From Vicugna vicugna (lineage: Eukaryota): a stretch of 64,000 nt of DNA. The notes beneath the pieces are model-generated. The model was not told the origin of the DNA. It searched no databases and saw only the letters and a list, made by a program, of their open reading frames with translations. Made by a program: the position numbers and the translations under genes. This document shows positions 26,009-37,960 of this stretch, in pieces. Where the stretch lies: contig MU058781.1 of assembly GCA_013265495.1 (NCBI GenBank), positions 12,280,440-12,344,439 of the forward strand, given 5' to 3'. Numbering within the stretch: position 1 is the stretch's first letter; the number at the start of each line of letters is the position of its first letter.

Positions 26009-26502
26009 TCTTACCGAGTCCGAGTTCATACTACTCACTGCATGACAGGCCAATAAATTGAGGAATGAGTTGTTGGGGCAAGAAATAGTGACTTTATTCA
26101 GAAAGCCAACAGACCAAGAAGATAGTGTCCCAAAGAACCATCTCGCCTGAGTTAGAATTCACGCTTCTTTCTACTAAGAGGGGAGGGAGTAAAGTCAAAC
26201 ATTTCCTGCTTCCAGTCAGCCTCTGGAGGGGATGTGTTAATTTCTTCCTTCCTGCAGTCATTCACAGGTAGGCCTGATCAGGATATTTCCTGTGAGCTAA
26301 ACAAAGGTGCTTAACCTAAATGCTCATTACCTGGGAGGCAGGGTTCCCAGGGTTCCACATAATGGGCCATTATGTATAATTTAAGCTTACAGGCAACAAA
26401 CATCCCTTTAGTGATTAACCTGTAGCAAAATCAACAGAATACAAAGGTTAAAATAAAAGAAACAGGTTCAATATGGAGTCAGATTTGTTCTTCCCTTTTA
26501 CA
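26009..26502 (-). mobile_element. ERV1-type solo LTR (MER41-like, cetartiodactyl)
   Basis: Minus-strand start TGTAAAAGGGAAGAACAAATCTGACTCCATATTG, internal AATAAA, near-perfect 4-bp TSD ctag/ccag. Confidence 0.75.
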
Positions 26503-28469
26503 CCAGCATTCTGGTGGAGTGGGAACCATCACTGAGATCAAGGATTCTGAAGGAGGTGCCTGGGTCTTGGGGAGTCTTTGCTACTATTTTCCAAGCATTT
26601 ATTATTCATTTATTACTATTTATTACTAATTTCCTCCTCACAATTCTTTCAGGTAAGTTTTATTATATTCATTATGAGGTCAGAAGAGAAAAGAAAGCCA
26701 GATTTGTTCCAGCTACACTTTGGGAATTGAAGCATGGATAATCTAAGTCCACTGTGGAGAAGGAAGGGATGTAAATTTCACCTTCTTGTGTAAAACATTT
26801 TTCCCTGAGTCATTTTTGAAGGACTCTGGACCCTGTGATAAATAATCAACTTTAGAATTCAAATACTTCTAATCCTGAATTATTATCCAAGTCAGAAAAT
26901 GTGACTTGGTTTTGCAATTTAATTTTTAACTTCATCTTAAAATGTTCGTGAGTTGTTTGTTCTTGCATTCTACTTGATTTTATTTGGTAGAAATAGAAAT
27001 TAGTTGTCTCTGTGTGGAAAAAATTCCAACTTTGCTTCATTTCTATAATTAATTTTTAAACACTTGAATACAGATTGAAATATTTCCTTGACTTAGATTG
27101 TGATATACACTTTTAAAAGTTATGTTTTCCTTTTGAAAAGGGTTGATTTTTAGATTGCTTTGCTTTAGTCATAGAATTATTAGAGAAGATAGGGTGTATA
27201 TTTCTCCTTTGATAACTGTTAAAGTTATCCTTAGAGCTGTTTTCATAAAACCGTGAACAACTGTTATTAATAATTAGTCACATAACAACTCAGCAGGATA
27301 CTGGCTCTGATTCTGGGTAATGTTTCAGAGGGCACCAGGGTACAGTCCTCCTGTGATCATAGAAAGCCTGTCGTTTCTAGTCTAGAAGGCCAGGATGCGT
27401 CCTGGCAGGCGAAGCACCTCTCACACGCATGCTCTGCTCCAAACCTCGTAATAACCAGCAGTGATTCAGCTGATTCAGGGGCAGCGGTCAAGCCATTACA
27501 TTAGAAGAGTCAAAATCCTGAAACAAAAACTTGGCTAAATGACAATGGTCCTTCTCTGGAGCTTGGCTGCTTTTTCACACACACTCTAAACCATGAACCC
27601 AAATAATGTGTTATGTGCGCTCAGAACCTTAAGTCCACATCATGGTATTGGCAAGTCCTTTTTTTTCCCCTCTAAGTCAGACTCCTGTTTCGCCGCACCA
27701 TCTTTATAACAAATAGGGTCATCTGATCATCAAGCTCATATTGGAAGATCATCTCTGTTGCCTTCTATCAGCTGAGCAGAATGGTACAGCTTTTGTTACC
27801 TACACACCACATTCAAGTATGTGTTAGATTGTCGTACTGCAAATAGTCCTTGCTTTTCTCCTTAGATATGGCTTTCTTCTAGTCTACTTGCTAGTTTCAA
27901 TGCCCCTTTCTTCAGCAACTACAGTTCCAGGAATGCCTAGCTAAAGCTGCAAAATCTTATGCTATTAAAGATAGCCTCCATGGGAAAGAAAAAAGAACAA
28001 TTGTGACAAATATAATATTTAGGAGAATATGTGGAAGAAAATTGGAGTGCTAGTGCACTGAGGTGTTATGTTTCCAGATAGGATAATGAACACAATTAAA
28101 TTGCTATTTGTATTGTAAAGAGAATCTCATAACTATCAAGAAATATAGTATTGCATCTTCTAACCAGCACAGGTTCTATATATTATACAATGCTGCGTTT
28201 ATATCCAGACTCCTTTACTTACTACCTGGCACTAGGAACAAGTATATTTTACTTTGATTCCCACTTATTCGGAGACCATTGAAAGAAACAGGAATAAATT
28301 ATGCAACAAACAAAACCACTCACCAGACTTTGCATATAATAGAAAAATCATTAAATGAAAGTCATCATTTGCCATCATTATTGTTATTATCATTATTATC
28401 AACATGTTTGAAGTGTAATGATAGTCATAACTGAAAATGATTAAAAATCTACCTTATTCAAAACAATCA

Positions 28470-29260
28470 AATATAATTAAATTAAAAGTTGGAGTTAGCA
28501 ATCTATGTCAAGAAAATATCTCAAATAGATTACTATATGCAATTCAACAAAATGAAAAAGGAAAACATTCCCTGCAAACTGGGAGTAGAACAAAATTCCA
28601 GTAAAATTTAAATTAAGCTGTAATTAAAGAGCATTTGTAAAACCTAGAAAAGCATTCCACTCAAAGGTAATCTTTCCTGTTAAAGTCAGGTATATGAGAG
28701 GTGCTTGCTCCACATCTTTTCATCACTATAGTAGAAAACCTAGCCAACATAACAACACAAGAAAGAACTGTGAAATGATTGGAAAAGAAGTAAAACTATA
28801 ATTATCAATTATCAATCTATGCATCATATGATTGTCTACATAGAAAAACAAAAATCCTATACATAAATTATTATAATTTATAAGAGAGTTTAGCACATTT
28901 GACAGATATAAAAGTGACACTCAAAATTAGATTGCATTTTTAGTTACCAGCCCCAAACAAATGATATTATAAAAAGAGATGTAATTCACAAGAGCAATAA
29001 AAGAACATAATAGCAACAAAAGGGAATAAGAGCTATGAATAAATCTAACAAAAAATATGGAACACCGTTATGTAGAAAATTGCAAAATTTATAGTAAGGT
29101 ATTAAAGTAGAACTAAATATAGAAACATTACATTTTCACAAACAGGAATGTTAAAAAATGGAAAACTTTTAAGTCTCTCCAGAATAATCCATAGATGTAA
29201 TGCAATACCAACCAATATTCCCACACGGTTTTCCATAGAACTTGACTATCTGAAGCTATT
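28470..29260 (+). mobile_element. Old L1ME ORF2 fragment
   Basis: attggaaaagaagtaaaacta, catagatgtaatgcaatacca motifs. Confidence 0.7.
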
Positions 29261-29364
29261 TTCAAATAAAGATAGCAGCTATCTCTTCCTTGCTTCCTTA
29301 TTCTGTTCTACCCTTCATTGTCTTTTCAGCGACTTCTTTTGATGGGGCCTCTTTAACACTATAG

Positions 29365-29525
29365 ACGTGCTGGGCACTGTTCTTAACATTTTACATAGAG
29401 AAACACTTTTATTTCTCACAACAAACCTCTACAGTAGATACTATTATTATGCCCATTTTACAGAGAGGTTAAATAACTTACCAGTAAGATACAGAGTTGG
29501 TAATCTAGCCACCCAGGGAGTCTGG
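29365..29525 (-). mobile_element. MIR fragment
   Basis: ctcacaacaaacct...cccatttttacagagagg. Confidence 0.65.
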
Positions 29526-30322
29526 GAATATTTGTCATTTCTTAGAAAACTTTCTTTTTCATGCATCCAACTCTTGTTTTTAGAATGAGATATCCCCGAG
29601 TATTTCTGTTGTTATTCATTTATCTAATTTAAATATTTATACTAACACTCTTCTATTTTGGCGAGGAGGAGTGCTAGTTTTTCTGTTAACTTTGGTGCTC
29701 TGTATTTCAGGATGTTGAATTGTACTTGTTTATTGATTTTTGTTGATGATGTTGCATTACCAAATAGAAGAGTATATTTCCACAACTTAAGTGTGAATTA
29801 CTACTTAGGCGTGGGTTAATGAACTTCCTGATTTTTAAAGCTTGTCTTGGGAGAGGAGGGTGAGGTGTGGATGTGCCACTGAGCCAGATGTAAACAGCAT
29901 AAAACAAAGTTTCTTTCCAGAGAGATCAATATTTTCAGTTAATAATTATCATTTAATGTATTTTTATTTCTAATACAAATATCTCTTTGTGTTATCTCTT
30001 CATGAACAGTCTAGAGTCCTGTAAAGTTGACATTCTTAGAAACACTTTTATCCTTTCTATTTTGGAATGTCTATTATATGATATAAAATAAACTTATCTG
30101 AGTATATATATAATAAGGAATTTTTCCATTATATTTATTCATTGCTTTTCTATGTTGAAATGCTACTGGTAATTTGTGCTTTAATATTCTATTTGTCTGC
30201 CTTGCTGAATTCCAACATTTCAGTTTTCCAGGTTCTCCTCTAGGATTTTCCAGGTAGACAGCGAGATGTCAAGCAGGTAAATGATCTCTTAGCAGCGACA
30301 CAGTGGAAGCTATTAATCTAGC

Positions 30323-30843
30323 TTAGTACATTTTCATATATTTGGCCAGGAAGGAGACAATGGGCCCAGATGGACTCAGACAGTTTATTACTAATACAAA
30401 CACCAAAAGCAAGTTCAACATGGTGTCACATTCCTGTTTCCTTAGTTCCACAGGTTGACATGGAACTGGAAGGGCTAGGTGACAAATGACACCAGTGGGG
30501 TGTTGATCTATCATTTAGGAGCCAACTAAGCTTCAGCCAAGCAAATTTATCGTTTGCATCTGTACCCCAAGAGTAGATACAGAAATTCTTCTACACCTCC
30601 CATGAACCAGAGAAGTGGTAGATAAGAAACTGCCTCATATAAGCCTCCCTCCGTACAGGGAACTTTCACCTAGATAGGGAGGCTGATGAGAAATTCCTCA
30701 CAAGACTGCTTCTTCCCATGTTTCAGGGAAGATCACGGGGCATTCTGCCAAGGAGGGTCAGAGTACAGCTGAGCCTTGCCTGTGCGGCCCATGTGAAGGT
30801 GTGCAAAGTTGCCAGGATGCCCTGGCCGAGCTACTCCTGTACA
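30323..30843 (-). mobile_element. MER54/MER74-like ERVL solo LTR
   Basis: Minus-strand start tgtacaggagtagctcggccagggca; aataaactg near the end. Confidence 0.6.
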
Positions 30844-31839
30844 CTAACTATACAATTATTTTCTTCAGTAGTTAAATTTCTTCTCTAAATGCATTGCCTG
30901 ATAGTCTGATACAATAATAAAAAAAATACTGATAATAGTGATTTTGAATTTCTGAAGTATAATACACAGTTTCACCTGACATATATTACTCTCATATTAC
31001 TAACAGAATTTAATTAAAAATAAATACAAAATATTAGTAACTACCCAGTAAGCAACTACTAAGTAACACACGATTCTCTTCTCCTTTAATTAGTATCATG
31101 AATTACATTTTATGATTTTTGTAATAGGAAACATAACAACGGAATAATATCCTGAAATTGCTTTTCAAAGAGACAGAAACACTTTGTTTTGAAAAGAAGC
31201 AAACTATTTCTCAATCTAGAATTCTACATACAGTTAAGCTATAATTAAAGAGTGCAGGTGAAGTAAAGGTATTTTTAGACAAAGACAAAATTTTTACAAC
31301 TCATAGAAGGATGTTTGACTTAACATGCAGTAAGAGAAAATAGAAAGACCATTTTTACCATTTAGATTTCAGAAATCTAAAAGTTTGATATACCCTGTTG
31401 GTAAGAGTATAGGGAAGTAATTAATAAAATAAATTATTAATGGATGTGTAAATTGTTACAGACTTCTATGGAGAAAAATTTGGAAGTGTCTATAAACATT
31501 TAAAACACAGATATCTTTGACCCTGTAACTGCCTAGATTTTCACTTGAAGTTACACTTGCACAGGCATGCCCTGAAGTACATGCAAGGATATTCATTTCT
31601 GCATCATTAATAGCTAAGAAATCAGTAACAGCAAAACCATAGCGTTTACTATGATTGAGGTCCTGTCCAAACTGCTTTACATATATTAACTCATTGATTA
31701 CCTCTCTCAACAAACTTCTGAGGCCAGAGAAATTTTCCTACAAGGCAGATGAAGAAACTGGAGTGGAGCCTAAGTGCCTGACACTAAGCTTTTTTTCCTT
31801 CCAGTTTTATTGTGCTATGATTGACATAGAACATAATAC

Positions 31840-32960
31840 CCTCTAGGTCTATCCATGTTGTTGCAAATGGCAGAATTTCATTCTTTTTTATGGCTGAGTA
31901 ATATTCCAGTGTATGTATATGTATATCGCTTCTTCATCTTCTTTTTTTAAACAATATAACTTTTTTTTATTGATTTATAATCATTTTACAATGCTGTGTC
32001 AAATTCCAGTGTACAGCACAATTTTTCAGTTATACATGAACATATATATATTCATTGTCACATTTTTTCTCTGTGCACTACCATAAGATCTTGTATGTAT
32101 TTCCCTGTGCTATACAGTATAATCTTATTTATCGATTCTACAATTTTGAAATCCCGTCTATCCCTTCCCACCCTCCACCCCCTTGGCAACCACAAGTTTG
32201 TATTCTATGTCTGAGTCTGTTTCTGTTTTGTATTTATGTCTTGTTTTTTGTTTGTTTGTTTGTTTGTTTTTAGATTCCACATATGAGTGATCTCATATGG
32301 TATTTTTCTTTCTCTTTCTGGCTTACTTCACTTAGAATGACATTCTCCAAGAGCATCTATGTTGCTGCAAATGGCATTATGTTGTCGGTTTTTATAGCTG
32401 AGTAGTATTCCATTGTATAAATATACCAAAATATACCACCTTTATCCAGTCGTCTGTTGATGGACATTTAGGCTGTCTCCATGTCTTGGCTATTGTAAAT
32501 AGTGCTGCTATGAACATTGGGGTGTGTATATCTTTTCAAATTAGACTTTTCATCTTTTCCAGATATATGTGCAGGAGTGGGATTGCTGGATCATATGGTA
32601 ACTCTATTTTCAGTTTTTCAAAGAACCACCATACTATTCTTCATAGTGGCTGCACCAATTTACATTCCCACCAACAATGTACTAGGGTTCCCTTTTCTCC
32701 ACATCTTTGCCAACATTTGTTATTTGTAGACTTTTTAATGGTAGCCATTCTAACAGTGTGCAGTGATAACTCATTGTGATTTTTATTTGCATTTATCTGA
32801 TGATTAGTTATGTTGAGCATCTTTTCATGTGCCTTTTGGCCATCTGTATATCTTCCCTGGAAAAATGTTTATTCAGGTCTTCTGCTCACTTTTCATTGGG
32901 TTGTTTGGGTTTTTTGAATATTTAGCTTGTTGATGTGTATAACTTTCTGGATATAAATGA
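31840..32960 (-). mobile_element. Old L1 3' region with a young L1 3' end (poly(A) at ~31960) inserted
   Basis: 31960-32430 nearly matches 59705-60180; the flanks are an older subfamily. Confidence 0.85.
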
Positions 32961-33955
32961 TGCTTCAATAACAATCATTTAAAATGAAATAATTATTATT
33001 ACCTGTCCTCAAAATACTTTTAACTCCAAAATCCAGACTTCTTTATTACTAAATATTACATATTTTGAAACAAAAGTTCTATTTTAAACATAACATTATT
33101 TTCATGTCATTTGAACATTCATGTCATTTGAAATTCAAATCTACAAAAGAAGATAATAAAAAGCAAGCAAAAAAAAAAAAATTAAAAACTCTGTTTAGCC
33201 ATTTTCTCCAGCTCTTCATTTTTCTCCTGAAAGAAACCAGAGTAATATTTCCTTGTATCCTCCCAGAAACAATTTAAAAAATGTTTTTCTTTTTAACAGA
33301 AAGAATGGTGGGTTACTTCTTTTTAAATAAATTAGTATACATATATTATTTTTCTTTTTAAAACTATTTCAAATAAATTTGGGAAACAGGAAAAATTGCC
33401 CAAGACCCATCATCCCCCTAAAATTTCACCCCCTGAAATTTCAATCATATGTATTTCCTTTGCTGGGTTTTTTACCCCCACCAGTTTTTTTATTTGGGTG
33501 GAAATCACAGTGAGGGTAAAATTTTAGGCAAGCATTTTAAGATGTTTCCTTTTCTCTTATATTACAAAACTTTGAAAGCACTAAGGAATCTTGAAATATC
33601 CATTCAGTTACTCACCATTCCATGTATTATTATCACACATCCATTTTGTGGCGGGCTATTTGTTAAAAGATGAGGAGGAAAATACCACCCTGTAGGAGAT
33701 TACATTCCAATCGAACAAACAAAGGTGCAGAACTTTAAGATGTGACAAAGACTAAATAGGGTGACTGATTCTGCCTAGGAACATTTTAAAGGCTTCCTAG
33801 AGGAGGGAGTGTTTGCATAAGAGTTTCAAGAGTGTACAATGGAGAATATACATATACAAAAGGCTGCGCTGGCTTGGGAATTGGGGAGTATACATTATGA
33901 CTAGCGGAGAATCCTAGGGTTTCATGCCTACAAAGAATTAAAGTTTACAGGTGCT

Positions 33956-34350
33956 TCTGGACAGGTGGGATGATCACAAGCAAGGAAGACACAAAACTAG
34001 GGAAAGGATGAGTTAGTGGAAAGCCAACAAGACATGGGGAAGAGGAAAAGGGAGCTTCAATATTGCCTGCGAGAAATGGCAATGCTGAAATCAAAGTATT
34101 AAGGAGGAGGCTGGCAGATGCTATGAAATCATTTCTATGGGGCAAAGGGGCAATGATCTTGGAATTGCTGAGCCAGCAGCAGTGACGTATTCTGTGCCAA
34201 ATCATGTGACGGAAAACAAATCATATAGAAGTGGAGAGAAGCCCAGATCTAAAGAAACGAGTTTTCAGCAGTAAAGCAGAAAGGAGAACCTACTCAGCTT
34301 ACAAGGATGCCAGGGTATCTCCTTGGTACCAAGAATACTGGAGAACCAGG
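33956..34350 (+). pseudogene. Decayed histone H2A pseudogene (candidate ortholog of human H2AC3P/HIST1H2APS2)
   Basis: Collinear by-eye matches to the H2A CDS: tctggac..gtgg..caagcaagga (SGRGKQG), gcctgc..aatggcaatgctga (LLRKGNYAE), gatcttggaattgctgagccagcagcagtgac (ILELAGNAARD), attctgtgcca (IPRH, CpG-decayed), ccaagaatactggagaacca (PKKTESH). Confidence 0.55.
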
Positions 34351-34414
34351 AGACCTGGGCATGATGGATCCAGGTAGAGAAACTGCTCACCACATAGTAC
34401 AGTCAAACGATTGC

Positions 34415-34624
34415 TCACTGAAAGCAACTCCTTCCAAATGTTGCTGCTGTGTTTAGTCAGGGCTCTTGATAAGCTGATCAGCTGAGAACATTGATTTTAG
34501 GAGAGAAATGGGGCAACCTGCAAGATAAGTGAGAGTTAACCTCAGGCTGCCTCCCATGCACACCATTCATGCACACTTGGAAAGTACAGCCGTTCTGGTT
34601 ACTTTGTGCTCCGCTGCGTTCTGC
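34415..34624 (-). pseudogene. Decayed histone H2B-like remnant
   Basis: Minus strand GCAGAACGCAGCGGAGCACAAAG ~ KKRKRSRK; TGTACTTTCCAAGTGTGCATGAA ~ YVYKVLK; CTGACTAAACAC ~ LAKH; aligned by eye. Confidence 0.4.
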
Positions 34625-36038
34625 AAGCTTTTAATGAATTAGTCTTATGAGCTTTCATTTGAAGTCAAGTGCCAAATAATAACCTTTCATCTTACATGTG
34701 GAGCCATTTAAATGAAAGTAAGGCTTAAGTTTGGATTAAATTTTCTCCCAGCTGTTTGCTATTTCTCTAAAAGTTCTCTTAAAACACTGGTTACACACTA
34801 GGAAAGCTCTCAGCACCCTGCATAGTATCATAAATCAAAAGCCAGCAACTTCCATAATGTGTCAACTTACATCCTTTCTTGAAATCATTGCCATCTTCAG
34901 TTTCTGAAAAGGACTATTTCACATCTTCCCAATTTTCCTGATCATTGAGGTTCAACCAGACTGCCAGGATTCTAAATTCTATTATGTAATATCTTTTTTG
35001 CCTCTGTTGCCTCATTGTAAAATGAAAAACACTACCTAACCACTTGATTGTTGTGAGAATTAACTGGCAAATAATCAGCACTCCACAAATGTTGGCTATT
35101 ATATTATAATTTTTATGATTCATTCTTCTTATTCATGCTGGTTCTTTTGCATGCAAGATACTTTCTATTTTCCTTTATTTAGTAATTCTCACTAACTTTC
35201 AGAGCTCAGCTCAACTCAGCTGTCACTTTTTCAGTGATTTCTTCCAGGCCACCCTGTCCTCCCTCTAATCTTTCAAATTCTTCTACACTGCATTCCCTGA
35301 GTACTCATCCTAATTGTAATAAGTGATTCATTTAGAATTCACTGTCCAACATTCTGTCTGGAGCTCTCTTCCCCCAAAGCCAGTTCCCCTCTTTCCTTTC
35401 CCCCTTTTGGGACTTTATTCAAATGCTAGCTTTTCAATGAGTCCTCCCTCCCTGTTTAATTTTTCTTCTTAGCGTTTATCACTTTCACACAATGTGCAGT
35501 TTACTTATTTATTGTCTTAGTCCATTTCACACGGACAGGGGCTGTGCCTGTTCGCTACTTTAGCCCGAGTAGGCTGAGCAACGGCTGGCTGGCCTGTGGC
35601 ATATATTTTTGGAATGTGGGAAAAACTCCCATTTAGGATTTCAACTTCTGTGGTGAGGATGATGGCATCACTTAGCATTGTACTCCCAGCACCTCATTTC
35701 AATCCACAGAGAAGGACTCAAAGCATAGATAAATGGAGAACAAAATGGGATAATCCTGTTGGGAGTCCGGAATACAACATGAGCAACAAATCTTTTTATG
35801 GAAGGAAAGAGTTCCTCAATTTTATTGTAACTCACATATAAATAATTTTCTAGGCCACTAATCTCAACCTGCTTGACACATTTTAGTTTTCCCTATATCT
35901 GTATGTGAGGTTAAACCTTGACATCCAACTTCTGGGTGGCAGCATCCACATACACCAGACCCTGAAATGTCTAAACAATTCATCTTCAAGTGGTTCCAAG
36001 AACCTCAACAAAATCGATAGCTCCAGATACCAAACTAA

Positions 36039-36272
36039 CTGGAATTTTCAAGCTCCTGGGTGATAACAGAGTTGTAAGTAAGGCTACTGTCCACTAATCT
36101 CAGTGATGTTCAGGCTCTCTGCTTCACTGAGACTCCTTTTATGTCTATGGCACCTATTTTCTCTGCTGGCTCCCCCAGGGAGATGGGAGATAGAGATAGA
36201 GATGGGTCCATAGAGCTGGACCATTGGGGATAATTTACCCTGAAAACTAGAAAGCACTTTCTGGAACTGACG
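36039..36272 (-). pseudogene. Possible decayed H2A remnant divergent from the H2B remnant at 36448
   Basis: Minus strand tcagttcc (LQFP), agggtaaattatcc (KGNY), gccatagacataaaagg (ARDNKK), tatcacccagg (IAQG); aligned by eye. Confidence 0.3.
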
Positions 36273-36390
36273 AGTCACATATAAACAGGGAAAGGGCATT
36301 CCCCTGGTTTCAGAAAAGTGGTTTCAACACAAACTGAAAAAAGCCATTACATTCACTTGCTGGGGATGTCCATAGCCTTTGCTCCCTCTG

Positions 36391-36445
36391 CCCATTGGAC
36401 TCATTTAAATGAATTAATCATCACCTAAACTGACATCACGTGACG
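36391..36445. promoter_or_regulatory. Histone-promoter-like motif cluster (CCAAT, TCATTTAAATGA palindrome, TGACATCA, TCACGTGACG)
   Basis: Motifs seen directly within 55 bp, with CpGs retained. Confidence 0.45.
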
Positions 36446-36447
36446 AA

Positions 36448-37171
36448 CAGCTCAGGTCCTAAGAACTGTCCTGGCACTCAGAGCAGCAAGAGGGCAGTTC
36501 CCAAGGAGAAACCATCCTTGCTTTATTTTAGCAAACAGCTGGCTTAGGTAGAACTAGTTCTACTCCACAATAGTTAGAAAGAAAAATTATATAAACCTAT
36601 TTCCAGTATTTCCTTTGCTCCTTCTTACTAGCATCACAACTTTATTTGGGGGAACTGCCTCTTGCCCTTTGTGTGTAATCGTGTTGTGATAGTGAATCAC
36701 GGTGTTCTGACCTCCCTCTGGAAGCTGAAAGGGTCAGTTGAGAGTTTGCTCATCACATTTCCACACTCTGTTAAAGCCAAGGAGTGAGCACTTTACCTAA
36801 ATTCCACCAATTAAATTCTCTCTTGAGACTTTAAATATTGAGGAGCGGGACAGGAGAATGGAGAGTGTAGGGTACACCATTTATTTCAGCAGTGGAGTGA
36901 GCTGCTGTGGCTAAGACCTTCTGGGGCTGCCTGGTGCTTCATCTGTCCGTTCAATCCTAGGAGCAGCCCCCACTTCAATTTCATGAAGTGAAATAATCTA
37001 CTGTGGCTTAAACAACCCAGAGTTGGTTTCTGTAACTACAACCCTACAAGCCTTACTGATACAAACATTAAAAAATTCTCAATATGAAAAAAGGCAAATC
37101 AATCCTCATAGGCTACAAATGATGGGCACGTTTTCCTTGACATTTTCTCGAGGAAGTAAGAGTGAGTTTCT
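36448..37171 (+). pseudogene. Decayed histone H2B pseudogene split by an LTR (fragments 36448-36549 and 37093-37171)
   Basis: cagctcaggtcctaagaa (SAPAPKK), gcaagagggcagttcccaaggaga (RKRSRKES), caaacagctggcttaggt (KVLKQV); after the LTR: tgacattttctcgag (NDIFE), gagtgagtttct (GEAS). Confidence 0.45.
36590..37062 (+). mobile_element. LTR33/LTR16-like ERVL solo LTR
   Basis: 3' end gagttggtttctgtaactacaacc...actgataca. Confidence 0.6.
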
Positions 37172-37904
37172 AAAATTTTCCCAAAGAAGTAAGAGTAAAT
37201 TCCTAAAACGTTTTTTAAGGAACTCAAAATAATTATCTACTCTATGAGGCAAGTTATAAAATTAAAATATGACACTTGTTGAGAGGAAAATGAACTGATA
37301 GTATTAAAGAAAGATTTGAGTTAACAAATAATGCTGTGGCAAATTTTTAAACCAGAAACAGTTAATGCCAGAATGGATACAACTTAAAACAGACAATTTG
37401 TATAGGGGAGTGGTTTTCAAACTCTTTTGATTATGTACCACATAAAGGAATTTTGAAAATTTCAGGTATTCCTTTGGATATTTTTAACTTCACATTTAAA
37501 CTTTTCATCAAAAATAGAAATAGTTTGTTTTGTAAATAAAACATTAAACATGTTATAAGATAAAATGAGGAATGACCTCAACTAGAATAAATATTTCACA
37601 AAATGATTTAATTTTAATAAAGAAGTTTTAATCACCTCATTATATATCTATATCAATATATCTATCTATCTATATAATTTATACCAAATCTAGAAGTAAT
37701 CACATAACTTTTTTGTCTGAAGCTTTTATCGGATATATCTTGAAACTTGGTGCCCTGGGAAAATATTCCAGCTTCATTTGAAAGAACCAGTTCCCTAATC
37801 TGCCTTCTGAATTCAGAACATTCCAACACTGGCCAATTTTTTTCCTACAATAAAAACACACACAGTAGATAAGGAAGGGCAGGAAAACCAAAAGCCAGCT
37901 GACT

Positions 37905-37960
37905 ATTAATCATTAACAGGTAATCCCCAAGCCAATATTTGGAATTATCACTTTGTTTAC
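37905..37960. promoter_or_regulatory. Candidate hepatic/renal enhancer: HNF1 (GTTAATGATTAAT, minus), CCAAT, FOXA (TGTTTAC)
   Basis: 12/13 match to the HNF1 consensus at 37905-37917; TGTTTAC at 37954-37960. Confidence 0.45.

Noticed and set aside
33100..33135. Short tandem duplications (also ~19603, ~24135, ~37153) as possible CRISPR-like repeats
   Set aside because: They are two-copy slippage duplications with no spacers or cas genes, in eukaryotic DNA.
34461..34476. ggctcttgataagct as a degenerate histone stem-loop
   Set aside because: The stem does not pair, it is too far from the H2A end, and the segment is better explained as part of the H2B(-) remnant.
37745..37815. cttggtgccctggga resembling the antisense H2B C-terminus
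   Set aside because: It is an isolated short match in the opposite orientation to the neighbouring H2B remnant and cannot be distinguished from chance.
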